The notes beneath the pieces were generated by a model that saw only the letters and a list, made by a program, of their open reading frames with translations, was not told where the DNA came from and made no database searches. Of a DNA stretch of 64,000 nucleotides, positions 23,216 to 36,707 are shown one piece after another. Every line of letters starts with the position of its first letter. Within the stretch, counting starts at the first letter, position 1. This stretch comes from Lama glama (lineage: Eukaryota). The stretch is taken from positions 85,004,001-85,068,000 of the forward strand of contig CM052817.1 in the NCBI GenBank assembly GCA_028534125.1, written 5' to 3'. A program made the position numbers and the translations under genes.

Positions 23216-25694
23216 CTTTCAAAGAATGGAGATAATCTTGCCTGGTACTGATTGTATCTACTGTGGATAAGGGACACATTAATACAAATATGAAGGCATC
23301 TGTTGCTTTAGGTGGCAGATAAAACTCTTCAGTAACTTGAGATATTTGATGTATTGATCATTAGGACTGTATTGTCCATAATCCTGGACAACTCTCAGAG
23401 AAATGTACATCAGGAATTTTTCAGTTTCTGTATTAATGGAGATATTGGGATACTTATGCTCCTGTTGATAGAAAGGGATATAAATGCAGGCAGACTGGAG
23501 AATAATGAAGAAGATATTTAATGTTAAAGGGACTAATTTAGACTGTATTTTTGAAGGTTTCCCTGGGTTGTAATTGGAATTGGACATTGACTAGTGCTAT
23601 GGAGTGAAAGAACAGATACCATGAAATGAATAAAATAGAAGACTTTGTGAGCCAAGTTTTCTCTCCCTCTTCTATATACTCTTAAGATTAATCACCTATA
23701 GATTAAGAGAGTTTTTTTATTGCCAGCAATAAATTAAATATTTCCAAAACTGCAGTTGGGTGGGAAAGATTTCCAAAGAAATTGTTCAGCATGGTTTAGA
23801 GAAAACCTCCTTTGGGGTGAATTTTTCACTTGTCATTGGATTGCCTTGTCATAATGTAGACACAGTTTAAAAGTGAAAATAAAAATGCATTTAGTGACCT
23901 CTGAAGGATGTTGGGAAAATACACTACCATTTTGTATATAGCTTTCAATATGAAATGTGAAAGGTATTTTGGAATTGTTCAAAAACCAATCTTGAAACTT
24001 CAAGCAAGGTTAAAAAATATGTCTATACTATTGAGGGTTTCCACCAAACCATAGGGACCTGACAGTTTCTATACGGTTTTGCTATTTAGGAAAAAAAAAA
24101 AAAAGACACTGCAAATAAGGAAATTTTCCTACTAGCTGTAGAGACATTTAAGGACAGAAGGATTAGGGATGTATAAGGTTACTCAGAGATATTTACTGAA
24201 TCTTAATACTCAATTTTCAGTATTTTCTATTTATTTTCAGAATCTTTTATTACTGACTTCAATTGTTTTTTTGGTAAATCTAAATTGTAAGTATTAGTCT
24301 CTTTGATAACCAAAATATAGCCCAATAGCCCTTAACTTTTTAAATGCAAAAGGTACTTATTTTAATAGGCTAAACAGTACAAATCATTTTTTAATATATT
24401 GTATATTGATGAATCTTATGGAGAGGATTGGCAATGTAGGTTATTATCCAATGGTATTTTTTTCTTTCACAGCCATTTTCTGTTGACAAATAATGATGTT
24501 GCCTGTGTATGTTGAAGTGAGGTGAAATGAACATTGTCAAATTTACTTTTCTAAAGCCTCTACGTGCTAAAGTGCTGCTTCCTCATGAGGCTTTCTGTTA
24601 CATAATTGGTGGCACAAGTTTATCACTGTTTCTCTCCTAACTCAAATAAAGCTATTTCAACTTCTGTATAAATATAATCCTTCCTGCTTCAATATGTGAG
24701 AAAAAAAAGAGTCTTTTAAGGACAGGCTCAGTGTTTTTCCTTTGGTGTTAAAAATGTAGCAATTATTGGAACAAACAAAGGGACAAACAATATCAGTTGA
24801 TTAAATGAGTTTCCTTTTTAAGTTACAAAATCTGTTTCTATCGAGGGACATCTGAAAGAATTAAATGGCTTTTGAATAAAAGGAAAGCCAATTCTCTCTC
24901 ATTACATAATTAGGTCGGTGGAGATTTACTCTTTGTTTTGGGTTTCATGGATAATGGGGTACTTTGACCATTATGGAAAATTTGTCTTGAGCTGATGGAA
25001 ATATAAATCTATTTTTATACTGATAATAAGTTCAGCTGTTTTGACATTCTGATTGGTAATTAGATAACTTATTCTGAGTACATTAACAGTTATATATAGT
25101 ATTACGAAGAAAAGGTGCATTTGTTAAACACTCAGTTTTACATTTCTAAATTTTCCTCTTCAATACCTGGTTTTAGAATTAAAAATTTTTTAGTATAACT
25201 ATGTGTGTGTGTGTTTTAAAAACAAAGGTGAAAATTATTAGCTTTACCTGAAGTTTATTTCATAACAGCATCTTTTGTTCTTTTTCACTTCCCTCTTTGA
25301 GATCTTACTACTTCTACTTTATATTTCAGTATTTTTTTCAGTTAACTCGCTAGTTCATAATTCTTAACTTCCTTAACTTCTAAAACTTTCCTCAGCTCTA
25401 CTAGTGTGTTTCAGCCCATCACAAGTAGGGTTACTTCCCAGGTCTGTCAATATTTAACATGATTTCATGTACTTGGCCTTAAACTTTGAAACCCCTTTCT
25501 CTGACCACAGCCTTTTATTTGCACACTCAATCAGCTGCTGCCTTCAACTGAACATGTGTTTTGCCCTTAAGTTCAACTCTTGCCTTTTACTGATCATCCT
25601 AGGGTAGAGTCTCCCACTGGTCATTCTTCCCCTAAACCACATCCACTTCTGAACTCACAAATACATTAAAATTCAACCAAATTCTCTGCTTTTG

Positions 25695-25890
25695 GTTGTA
25701 AGTTCCACCATTTGCCACGCTGTTGTCTTAGTCAAGTTAGTTAATTTTTCAGTCTCCCAGTATATCTGCCAGGTGGGAAGTATAAAGTACCTCTCTCCTA
25801 GGCTTGCTGTGAAGATTAAATGAGATTACACGTGTTAGGGTGGAGCAGTGCCTGGAGCATACTGCTAAATACTGCTGATATTATTTTATT
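25695..25890 (+). mobile_element. MIR SINE
   Basis: ttccaccatttgccacgctgttgtcttagtcaagttagttaa...gctgtgaagattaaatgagat...gcagtgcctggagcat. Confidence 0.75.
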
Positions 25891-26045
25891 CCCTAACTCT
25901 GATCTTGACAGGTCACAAACTTGTATGAATTCTGCTGCCCATTTTCTTATTACTTATGAATCACTGAATATTGTTGCAGTGTGATCTTGTATTTTACCTC
26001 TGCTATAAGGTATTGTTAAAATGTTGTATGATATTATGTATTTTT

Positions 26046-26156
26046 ATAGAGGATGACTATAGATCATGTTTATCATCCAAAACTGGGACACATTTAGGGA
26101 GAAAAGAAGCTGCTATTAGCATTACACTGATTCTGTCTTGAGCAGTGTCATCCTAT
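26046..26156 (+). mobile_element. MER94-like hAT-Blackjack MITE
   Basis: aggatgactata...tttatcatccaaaactgggacacattt...gctgctatta...gtcatccta, with inverted termini aggatgac/gtcatcct. Confidence 0.7.
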
Positions 26157-26223
26157 TGTTATGTGAGCAAAATTGGCTGAAAATATGCTTCGTAGTCTAT
26201 TTTTTGCAACTTCTGTTACCTAC

Positions 26224-26741
26224 TGTCGGGGAGGAAAAATAATTTTTCCTCTATCCTTCGAGGTTCTTGGCTGAGACATCCCCTGTGATAAACAAGAGAT
26301 TAACAGGAGAAAAACGAATTTATTAAGTATATACTGGAGGCCCAAAAGATGAGAGCCTCTGACAGCTAGGCTGTTGAGGTTTATATGCCATCCTGAGCAA
26401 AGGAGAAGAGGCTAGGGGAATTTAAAAGAGGAAAGGAAGACAATTCACAGTAAGCAAATAATCGTCAAGCCATGCAGAGACAAAGGGGCACTGAGAGAAA
26501 GGTGGAGAAGCAGGCCTTGCTACGTTCCCTGAAGTTTATTACACTTAGCTGATATTTTTTGCAGTTATCTATGATAATAGCTGTTTTCTTGCTATAGGCC
26601 CTGTATCTAAATTCTTTTAGGTGTTTAAGGAAGAGGTAAAGAAAGCTTCCTGAGTTTGCTATCTCTTACAAATAATCAGTCTAAAATAATCCTTATGCTA
26701 AAAGAGACATATTTTGGGGTGACAAAATTTGTTCTCATACA
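26224..26741 (-). mobile_element. MER34-like ERV1 solo LTR
   Basis: TG...CA termini. The minus strand begins tgtatgagaacaaattttgtcaccccaaaatatgtctcttttagcataaggattatttt, the MER34-family start. Confidence 0.75.
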
Positions 26742-27049
26742 CCATCTTTTTTTTTTCCTTTTGAATTAAAGAGGATGTGGGCAATGTGGCTGTTCAGGTA
26801 ATTGCAATGGAACAAACAGGTAGTTGCAATGGAAGTGAAAGAGTTCATAATGATCACATAGTGGTGAAGCCCCCAAGGAGAGTTTGTTAGTGGAATCTTA
26901 CCTACACTGCCTGTAGAATGTTCTCTTCTAACATGATCTTAATAGAGCTCTAGTCCATAATATGTGCTGTGAACCTATCCACTTTACCTCCATGATGTTT
27001 CGGTGATAAAAGCCATCACTGTTTTCAGAATGTGGTCTCAGTCACTCTG

Positions 27050-27850
27050 CAATCACTATATTGTATCCATTTTGTCTGACCCCTTAGTCACATCTTCACC
27101 TCCCTCCAGTTTACATCTTTAATCCTCCCACTTCTCTGGTCATTTCTACTTGATTTACAAACATATTCAGGTTTTCTCTATCTTAAAAAGATATTCAAAT
27201 TTTTATTCTTTATTTTTCTACAGTCTAGTGTCATACCTTGGGAGAGTAGTTAGTCCATGTTCATTGTCTCCACTACTTCATTTTTCTCTCACTCTTCGAC
27301 CATTTACAAACTGGCTGCAGATCTTACTATCTTAGTCCAGTTCAAATTCTTCAGTTTTCATCCAACTCAACATTTACTGAACATTCATTGTGGTTGGTGA
27401 CATTGAACATTAGTTTCATGGGAAAGACCCTCCTCACCTCATTCTTGGATTGTGTAAAATTGAATTTATCTTTTTCCTCTAACCTATATTTTTCCCCCTT
27501 CCCCCCCACCGACTTGTTATATCTTCCATTCTTAGACATTCAGAGCTTATCATTCTCTTCTGTATTTTTCTCTTAGTAAGGTCAACTGTGTCAGTGATAA
27601 GTACTAACTTCATTCTAGTGAATCGAGTTCTATTTTTCTGGTCCCAGTCTCTCCACTGAGATCCAAACTACTGAAAGTCACTACTTTGATATTCTGCTAC
27701 TTCCTATTTGTCCAATTCAAAATGGCTCTTATAAACTTCATTCTCTGGGTTTTAAATTCAGATAAATGGCATCATTATTTACTTTGCCATTTAGCTTCTC
27801 AACTTGTCATTGTTAATTCTTCCTGTCATTCAATGTATCTCACATTGCTT
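27050..27850 (+). mobile_element. L2 internal fragment
   Basis: Pyrimidine-rich L2 sense text (cttgggagagtagttagtccatgttcattgtctccactacttc; ccagtctctccactgagatccaaac). Confidence 0.6.
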
Positions 27851-27879
27851 TGATTACCAAATTATTCATTTATTAATTT

Positions 27880-28940
27880 ACCATCCATTCATTCAACAAA
27901 TATTTATTGAATATTTCTTTTTTTAATTAAGGGTGATACAATGAAAAATGAGAAGAAGTTTCTGGACTCATGTAACTTTCATTCTAGTGGAGAGAAGACA
28001 AACAATAAACTAATAAATGATTATATAAAGGCTTATTTTGGATAATGAAATCTACTGCAAAGAAATTAAGACTTGTAAATATGTTAGGGAGTGGCTGGAA
28101 TGATGATTTAGATGATCAGGGAACATTTCATTAAGTAGATGACTCTGCAGCTGAGATCCAAGTGATTCAAAAAAGGCAGGCACATGAAGATCAGAAGGAA
28201 GAGTATTCCAGGGAAAAAATACACAGTATACAGTCCTCAGTTTGGGACCAGACACTACATTGTAGGAGCAGGAGAGAGAATATGGCTAAGGCCTCACAAG
28301 CCAGTGTTAAAAAGGTTTGCAATGTGGACATGACTGAAGTCAAGAAACATCTTTTAGGTCTTAATTAGAAGAATTATTGACAAAGAGGTGTTATTATCTC
28401 ATTTATGCTTTAAAAAGATGACTCTGGGTTCTTATATAGAGAATGGACTATAAGCTAACAAAGAAGCTAGGAGACATTTGAAGCAGTTCAGTTGATAGCT
28501 GATGATGGCTTGGCTTAGAGTGGTTACCAGTAAAGATGATTTTTTGGATATGTTTTAGAGTTAGTGTTCACATGTCAAGAAAGACATATAATGGGCTCAG
28601 TGATGATGACTTTTACCAAGATGAGAAAGACTAGGGAAGGAAACGATTAACTGAATTCAATTCAGTTTTAGATAATTATTATGTATGAAAATGTTAATGC
28701 TAAGTAGGCAACTGACTTAACCTGGGGCCCAGTGGAATGTTCAGACATATGAAAGAGGAAAGTGTGGTATCATGGAAGCCAAGAGAATAGTGTTTTCTGT
28801 GAATTCAATGCTGTTAATAAGTCAAATAAATTAGGTGGGAACAGATCTGTGATTGCTGTATTGGACAACATAGAAGTAATATGCTACTTTCCTGTTTCAG
28901 CAGACTAGTGGCCAAAGAAGCCTAACTGGAGGGGGTAAAT
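27880..28940 (-). mobile_element. L2a-like LINE 3' fragment
   Basis: ccattcattcaacaaatatttattgaa...ctcatgtaactttcattctagtggagagaagacaaacaataaac...gtggtatcatggaagccaagagaa. Confidence 0.85.
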
Positions 28941-28944
28941 GTAG

Positions 28945-29408
28945 TGTAAGTACCTGATGTTAAGCTTTTGAGTCCTGAGGCATCCATTTTAAAGATATCC
29001 TCTCAAATAAAGATATTGCCAGCTGCATGACACAGCTACTAGTAAAAGAACTAGATAAGAAATCAGGCTGCCCCACTCATGAAATTTCCCTTTCAGAAAG
29101 CCCTGGGTTACCTAGATAAATGACCACTTGAATAACCCTACATTTTCCTTCCTGTGCTTTAGTTCTTGCTCTTATGTTTTACCAATAAAGAGTGAACCCA
29201 TGAAACTCTAGGCCCACTCTCATATTCCAGTAAAGGTAGAAACCAGGTCCCCTCACTCTGTCTCTATCCATGACCTCACTGTGTGGTCCCTGGAATGTCA
29301 TGTAGCCTTCAAGACTTGTGAATAGTATATCTTTTTTTTCCCCCCAAATTTCCATGATAGTTGTTGCTAAGGTGTGTTCTGTAATCATAAGAACCACAAG
29401 AGCTTACA
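28945..29408 (+). mobile_element. ERV-type solo LTR, family not recognised
   Basis: Bounded by inverted TGTAAG (28945) and CTTACA (29403-29408), ~464 bp, with LTR-like internal content. No clear TSD. Confidence 0.6.
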
Positions 29409-31878
29409 CAACATTGTAAAATGACTATAACTCAATTTTTAAAATGTTAAAAAAAAGAGAGTCATAAGGGCTTGTCTCTGGATGGGGAAATGTCTGTGGA
29501 GTTGGCCACAGGTAATAGGGGCCCAGGTAAATGCCTCCAGACATTTCTAGCCCATAGCATCATTCTCAATAGACTGGAACCAAGACAAAACGGAAAGACT
29601 ATAGGTAGAAATTGGAAGCTACAGATTTTATATCAAAATGGCCCTGCCTAACATTTCCTCCTCCTGCTTATCATACCATTTCCTCTGCCCTACTTATGCA
29701 CTGTTGTTTGTCATTTGAATCTTTGAAATAATTGCTGGATTACTTTCTGCTTATGAAGGTTATGCCTCCCCTGTACAGAATGGCTCTTCGTTGACTGGAG
29801 TCATCTTAAAAGTGTGGCAGACTATCAGTTGTCTAATGGAGATTTGATAATTTTCTATGAATATAAAGAGATGAAACCTTTTGTCCACATATATTTCATA
29901 CATTTGAAGTTTGAGGTTAACTGTTTTTCACAGAAATTCTATTACATCCATAATAATTATTAAGTTTTTTAATAATGGACTGTAAGTATTGTACTGAGTA
30001 GTTGATCTAGGCTAACATTCATTTAAAGGCAGTAATTTGTCTTGACTAAGGTATTTTCATATAAATTGTGTTTTATTAATTAAATTTATAAATTTGCATT
30101 TATATTTTAGCTGGGATATTGCTTTATTGTATCCCAACTCACAGAAAAGGATCAGTAGCTTAGAAGTCACTCACTAAAGCATGAAGGTAGTGATAAAATA
30201 GGATCACAAATACTACGACATACAATAAAGTCATTAACATAAACATTGACTAGGACTTATATTAAAATGTTGAGTGTGAATTTGTTCTCAGAACAAAACT
30301 TCTGAGCATGTAATGATTTCATAAAGGCAGCAATAAAAGAAAATTGCAAACAGGAATTTCAAAGAAGATCATCTTAAAATAGATTTGTTAAGCTGGTCAC
30401 CATCTATACTGAGTGGCAGTACCTAATTTGTTTTGAAGTTTTGGCAAATGGCAGCCAAAACTTCATGGCATGGAGGCATCAGTTTATGTGCCAGTTGGAA
30501 ATAAAACATAGTGACCTCTGTGGTAAAACAATTGAATTGTTTGTGTACAGGATGAAAATCATCATCTTCTGTGTGAAATTAATTAATTAGTTCAAATAGG
30601 AGAGAAGAAAGCAAAACTCAGCTACCAAAGTTTGGCCCCCTGAGTTTTAGTCTGGATAATAAAATAATACGAATCGTGCAATTTTTAAAAGAGCTTCACA
30701 AATCAGTTAATGATATATATGATCATGTGAGGGAAAGCAGAACAGACTGTAGAGAAAATACACTTTTCAACTTACATGGTATGTCTTTGCACAGTATCAC
30801 AAGTATGCACTGTGGATGAACTCTCACCACCCAGTATACGTGCCATTATCATGTTGTTTACCTGTGAAAAGAACATTGATGTATAAAGTGCATTTAGTCT
30901 CTGTATATGAGAGAGGTGTTTTCATATATTTTGTTTTGCTAATTATTGAAACAAACATGATACAGGAGAAAAGGTATTTAATTTTAAGGACTATTTTATG
31001 AGCTGAATGAAGGCAGCTATACTGCAGTGCCAGTTTGCATCATCTTATTCTCCAGATATTTATAACTCTAAAGAAATCCCTGCTAATCTTAATCTACAAC
31101 TGAATAAAACAGAGAAAACTGTAAATAAGATCAAATTATGATGATGTTGTCTGTATGTTTTTAGTGTGCTCTCTGAAAAAACTGTTAACAAGTCATGACT
31201 TTGCTTTTCCGTCCTGCTGAACCCAGACTGTGAAAGGTATAATGATTTTGAAATGAGATTAGGAAACAAACAAACAAAAAAGACTTACTTATGACACTGA
31301 AAATGCCTTTAAACGCTATTCTTGAGATTTTGAGTGTCTTGCTCAGTGATTGATTTCAGTGATAAATTTAGTAAATTTGGTACATCTAAGGTAGCCAGAA
31401 CCTATCACTTTTTGGCCAATATATGTTTATTTTAAAAATTAAGAGTAAATACAAAGCTTTCTTAAGAAGAAAACTATGATGCAAATAGCTAGTTTACCAA
31501 GAGTTTAGTTCCTCCAGAGCATGGTTTTCTCTACATATGGATGAAAGAAGTTAATGATTTATATTTAAATGTGTATTTATCATACATGATAAGTACTGTA
31601 AAAATACCTAAATGCACCCAAAGAATCATCTGGGCACTTATTGCCATAATCTAACTTGAATCACTAAAACTTGAGAATTCGATTGTGATATTTTTTACCT
31701 TAAAATCTAATGGGGCACTGAAAATGGTCTTAGTTTGGAAATAGTCCACAAATTCTATCCAAATATCTAGTAACCAATTGACAGAATCACCAAAAAGCTA
31801 GCTGCTATTCTCAGCGAATATCATTTATTTAATGGGATAAAAGACTGGAGGGATATTCATTTCCACTAACAGGCAATA

Positions 31879-31958
31879 TTAGACTGAACCATATGAAGCC
31901 AGTGGTGTTGAACTCTTTTGGACTGACAAAAATGGAAATGTCATATAGCTCAACCTAA
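31879..31958 (+). mobile_element. MADE2 mariner-derived MITE (80 bp)
   Basis: TA-ttagactgaaccatatga...tcatatagctcaacctaa-TA: exactly 80 bp, with inverted termini and a TA target-site duplication. Confidence 0.8.
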
Positions 31959-32499
31959 TATATAATATGAAAGTCTTTCAGCTTCCAAACATTTAGAAAT
32001 ATTGGATAAAACACAGTAAGATACTCTAAAATATATGCTTTAATTAACAAGGGAATAAGAAAAATCCCAAGAAACTATAAAAATAAAGAAAGCTGATGAT
32101 ATGTATGAAAAGTAGGAGCTGCAGCTGTGGTTTTTATGGGAGTGTTTGTTGAGCAGATCATCAGAATGAATGGTTTTCCACATTCCCATAGGGAGAAGGC
32201 ACAAGGCTTTGGTTACAAAGGGAATTAGCTGAGGCTGCATAAAGTCAGAACCCTTGAACTTCCCACCTAACTTCTTAGTAGAAAGCAATTAACGATTCTG
32301 AGGGTTTGTAATCAAATCCTTGTCTTCATAAAGTTTTAGCTTTTAATTTATGTTATGGGAGAGGCCAAGGACACCTAAAGCCAACAAATTAATTCTGTTA
32401 TTAGTGTGCTAGCACTGAAAGAAACAAATGTGAATGCTTTCTGGAACAAAGCACTCACAGTCCAGGTTGTGCCAGGTTCTCAGAGCAAAAGCTGTTGTG

Positions 32500-33480
32500 A
32501 AAAGGAAGTCACAACCCCAAATAACATGAAATAAGCCATAATAAATAAGAATCAACATAGACAACAAACAACTAAATTGAACATAAAATTATCAGTTAAT
32601 GGAATTATAAGATATAAAAAATAAGTCTGGTCGAACATCTTAAAAAATGAAATATGGAGTTGAAAACACAAGCAAAAAACAAGATGCTATAAAAATAATC
32701 AGAGCAAAATTTAAAATAAACCAAAAGAACATATGGAAATGAAATCTATAATCCCAAGAAAAAAGCCATAGCAGAGTTAAATGGCAGATTAGATAAAGCT
32801 GTTGAAAAAGGTGCAAGCTGGAAATGAAGTGAATAAATTATTCAGAATGAATCACAGAGGGTTAAAGGAATAAAGTAAAATGAAAGCAAACTCAGGAAAC
32901 CTGGAAGAATGAATAAGTAGACCAACATATTTCTAATTAACAAGAAAGAGTGAATACAGACGGTAGAAAAGAGAGAATACAAAAGACATAACTCTTGCAA
33001 ATTTTCTGGAGTTGAAGAGAATCTTGATTTCTCATGTTCATCAATCATGGTGAATCCCAACCAGGATGAATAAAAATAAATCCACATATAGACAGACTTT
33101 AATGAAATACTGAATAGTCAAGAAAAAGTATGTAATCAAAGTTAAAAAAAGCAATCAGATAAAATATTACTTACAAAGATTAACTTAGTGCTAACACCAA
33201 TAGAAACCAATGAATTGAAAAAGATTAAAATACTAAGAGAACATAATTAGCAACTTAAAATTTTGTATCTAGTCATTAGCTAAAATTTTGTATCCGTATA
33301 AACCTATTAAGGAAATGGTAGTTAACATTCTCGGGAAAAAACACCATGAGTTATGAGTGCAAATAAACTCTTACTAAAATGTATACTAAATGTTATACTA
33401 TGAAAAGAATGAAACCAAGTCCAGAAGGAGAGAATAAGATGTAAACAGAAATGGTGAATAAGGAAATAGAAAATAGTGGA
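32500..33480 (+). mobile_element. Old L1/HAL1 ORF1-region fragment
   Basis: gagttaaatggcagattagataaagctg...aaattattcagaatgaatcacagagg...aattttctggagttgaagag...ggatgaataaaaataaatccacatatagaca. Confidence 0.7.
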
Positions 33481-33514
33481 TTAATTAATGAAATATTGTT
33501 TGGATAAAACAATA

Positions 33515-33542
33515 ATGATGAAGATGATGATGATGATGATGA
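33515..33542. repeat. (GAT)n microsatellite
   Basis: atgatgaagatgatgatgatgatgatga, read directly. Confidence 0.9.
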
Positions 33543-33769
33543 ATATGGCCCAGATTCAGAAGGTTCTTAGATCCCACCTCTTCATGGCATCTGTAACCTG
33601 TCATAAGTGGGATGGGGTCTAAGAGAATGATTAACATTAGTAGCTGTCTCGGTTTGGGATCCCAAAGAAGCAAATGGGCAACAGGGATTTGGGATTGGCT
33701 AGCTGGCATTCTACAAAACAAAAGTAGAGATGTGGCAAATTTAGATAGGAGGCAGTAAAGGGTGCATTA

Positions 33770-34269
33770 NNNNNNNNNNNNNNNNNNNNNNNNNNNNNNN
33801 NNNNNNNNNNNNNNNNNNNNNNNNNNNNNNNNNNNNNNNNNNNNNNNNNNNNNNNNNNNNNNNNNNNNNNNNNNNNNNNNNNNNNNNNNNNNNNNNNNNN
33901 NNNNNNNNNNNNNNNNNNNNNNNNNNNNNNNNNNNNNNNNNNNNNNNNNNNNNNNNNNNNNNNNNNNNNNNNNNNNNNNNNNNNNNNNNNNNNNNNNNNN
34001 NNNNNNNNNNNNNNNNNNNNNNNNNNNNNNNNNNNNNNNNNNNNNNNNNNNNNNNNNNNNNNNNNNNNNNNNNNNNNNNNNNNNNNNNNNNNNNNNNNNN
34101 NNNNNNNNNNNNNNNNNNNNNNNNNNNNNNNNNNNNNNNNNNNNNNNNNNNNNNNNNNNNNNNNNNNNNNNNNNNNNNNNNNNNNNNNNNNNNNNNNNNN
34201 NNNNNNNNNNNNNNNNNNNNNNNNNNNNNNNNNNNNNNNNNNNNNNNNNNNNNNNNNNNNNNNNNNNNN
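33770..34269. other. Assembly gap (500 N)
   Basis: Run of N. Confidence 1.
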
Positions 34270-35854
34270 CAGATCAATGTTACATATGAAGATGTTCAAA
34301 GAATATCTCTAGCATTGCAAGAGGAAAGGTAGCAATTCTCAAAAGGCTGTAAAGAAGCTTGAAAAACTTCTATCTGCTTCTATGTACCAACGCCAATCAT
34401 AAATCTAAAAGTGGCTTGACTTAGTAGTATGGGACACCATAGAAGATGTAAGTGGTACAGGTATAATACTAAGTTCCACCTCCTCCCCTTTCCTTCAAGA
34501 ACTTGGAAATAGGGAAACTCAGGTTGGACAAGAGCAGAGGCATAATGGTTTTTATGTTGGAAAGACTGAATAGATGAATCAAAGAGGAAATAGTGCCAAA
34601 ATAAATTCTGAGGGAGAGGGGGAGAGAGAAAGAGAAACTCTTAATTAGATAGTGAGTCCTTCTGTCCACTTGTATATCCTTGTATTAGAGTTAAAAACAC
34701 TACTATCTTCCAGAGTATAATGCAATTAACTTTCTGAATTATATAACCAACTCTCCTTAAACTGATTCCCTTCTTCTTAAGATGCAGCCCCAAGAGGAGA
34801 TTCTGTCTGAAAGACATATGTACTGGTCCAACAGTTGAGGTCATCTGGTGTCCTACCTTGTACCTTCTGTCATTTGTGAATGTATACCATTTTTAAAAGG
34901 CGTCCTCAACTTTAGGGCACTGGAGAGATCTAGTTTCTGCAAAGCTCAAGACCAACATCAGGACATAGTGAAATTACCAAGTCACCATTACTATGTTGTC
35001 ATCTCTTGATAGGGAGTCATTTGGCCTTCCTTAGATTAACTTAACTTGTTCATATGCTTTGAAAGACATGTGCATAAATCATGTGATTTTCATACAAATC
35101 CACTGTGTGTGCGTGTGTGGTATCTGTGGGACAAGTGACCTCTTAGATTGCTAAGGTTCTCCTCTCACTCACATTTGTGCCACATTTTTTAAGGGCAGGT
35201 TTCAACATTTCTTTTGCCCTCTTCACTCTCAATTACCTAATTTTGGCTCTCTTATTCTCCACGATATGGACATGTTCTTGTTATCTTTTCAGTGACCTCT
35301 ACTTAACCAGAAAATCTGTACTGTATGAGTATTACTTCAGTGCTAGCCTATCAATTATGTTCAAGGACTTTAGTATTGATGATCTGACTTAACCTGAGTA
35401 TGCATCACAACACAGGGTGGCGGTGGAGCTGTGGAGAACATTGCTAAAATATTCAAAAGGTGTGTGCATTTTTTATAGGAGGACACAGCACATACTACAG
35501 ACCATTAATTGAATCTTTGGTTTGCTGATTTTTTTCTATAACTTTTGGTCAATTTCTCAAGTCATTTTTTTTTAGTTATTCACATTTTAATCAGTTAATC
35601 ATTGGATTATGTGTTATTGATACTTAGGTGGCAGAATCTAAAAGTCTGTATTCTTGAAATTCCATTTGAAACCTTAAGGTTAGTTTGGAATTTGCCTGGT
35701 ATGTAAGTTGCTGATGTGATCTGATTCTGTTATTAATTTGGCTATTACTTTTACATTTGTAAAACTTAAATAAATATATTTTAATGTATGAGATTTAGAT
35801 ATAAGTTTATATTATGTACATACTTGATTTTTAGTTTTCAGGTGTAGCTCTCTT

Positions 35855-35970
35855 TATAGATTTTGTACTTCTTGAGGTCGGGGACCTCATCTTATTCATC
35901 ATTGTATCCTTCACACTCAGCATAGTACCTTGAAGATAAATCAACACGTATTTATTGAGCTGAATTGATA
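35855..35970 (+). mobile_element. L2 3' end
   Basis: cttcttgaggtcggggacctcatcttattcatcattgtatcc...cagcatagtacct...tatttattgagctgaattga. Confidence 0.7.
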
Positions 35971-36707
35971 GTTATTTCTACTATAGCTCTTTTTTTGTTC
36001 TCAAAATCAACTTGATTAATCTAGAGTCATCCTTTAATTTAAAAATGTATATTCTGCTCCCATATCTCCCAAATTCAATGAAGAAAGGACATCTTTGCTA
36101 TTAAAAAATTCCCACTTGGCTGGCAGAGATGGACATGTAAACAAGTTCAGGATGGGGCACTGGTGAAGACACCAGGATAGAAGCCAAATGGAGGGTAGTG
36201 GGTATACAAAGGAGGGGGCTGCATAGCTCTCTTGGTGGGCAGGAAGCTACAGGCAGGAAAAGATCTAAACAGAAGGTGCTGCTGGAGCTTGGGTTTGAAA
36301 GCTGATGTGTTTGCTTGTTGAGCAAGGTGGTGATTATTGTGAGAAGGGTTAGCACAACATTTTGAGGACAGGTTGTCAATAACAATGTAGTAATTGGTTA
36401 ACAATGATCCTCCATGCACAGGGAACAGCATGAGGAAAAGCAGCTTCGTGCTTCCAAGAACTGTAATTACTGTGTTCTTCCTGGAGCACAGGGCATGAGG
36501 TCAGTCACAGAAGAGACTGAGTACTGACAGGGAGGCATAGACCAGATCACAAAGGGCCTCACATTCCACGGACAACAAAATTCATTTTGCCATTTTATCT
36601 GAAAATTCTCCATATCATCTTTAATCTTTCCTTTTATGTCTTCTATATTCTGATGATTTAAATAAGCCCTGTTTTAACATGCTTTATAATGTTTCCCTTT
36701 TTTCTGG

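Noticed and set aside
27050..28940. Opposed L2 fragments as a possible miR-28-family-like hairpin source
   Set aside because: The sense fragment does not reach the L2 3' end and no complementary stem is visible at the junction.
33637..34299. ORFs of 175-276 aa here and at 46050-46392 and 59028-60075
   Set aside because: Their length comes from N gaps translated as X. The only real peptide in them is a fragment of L1 ORF2.
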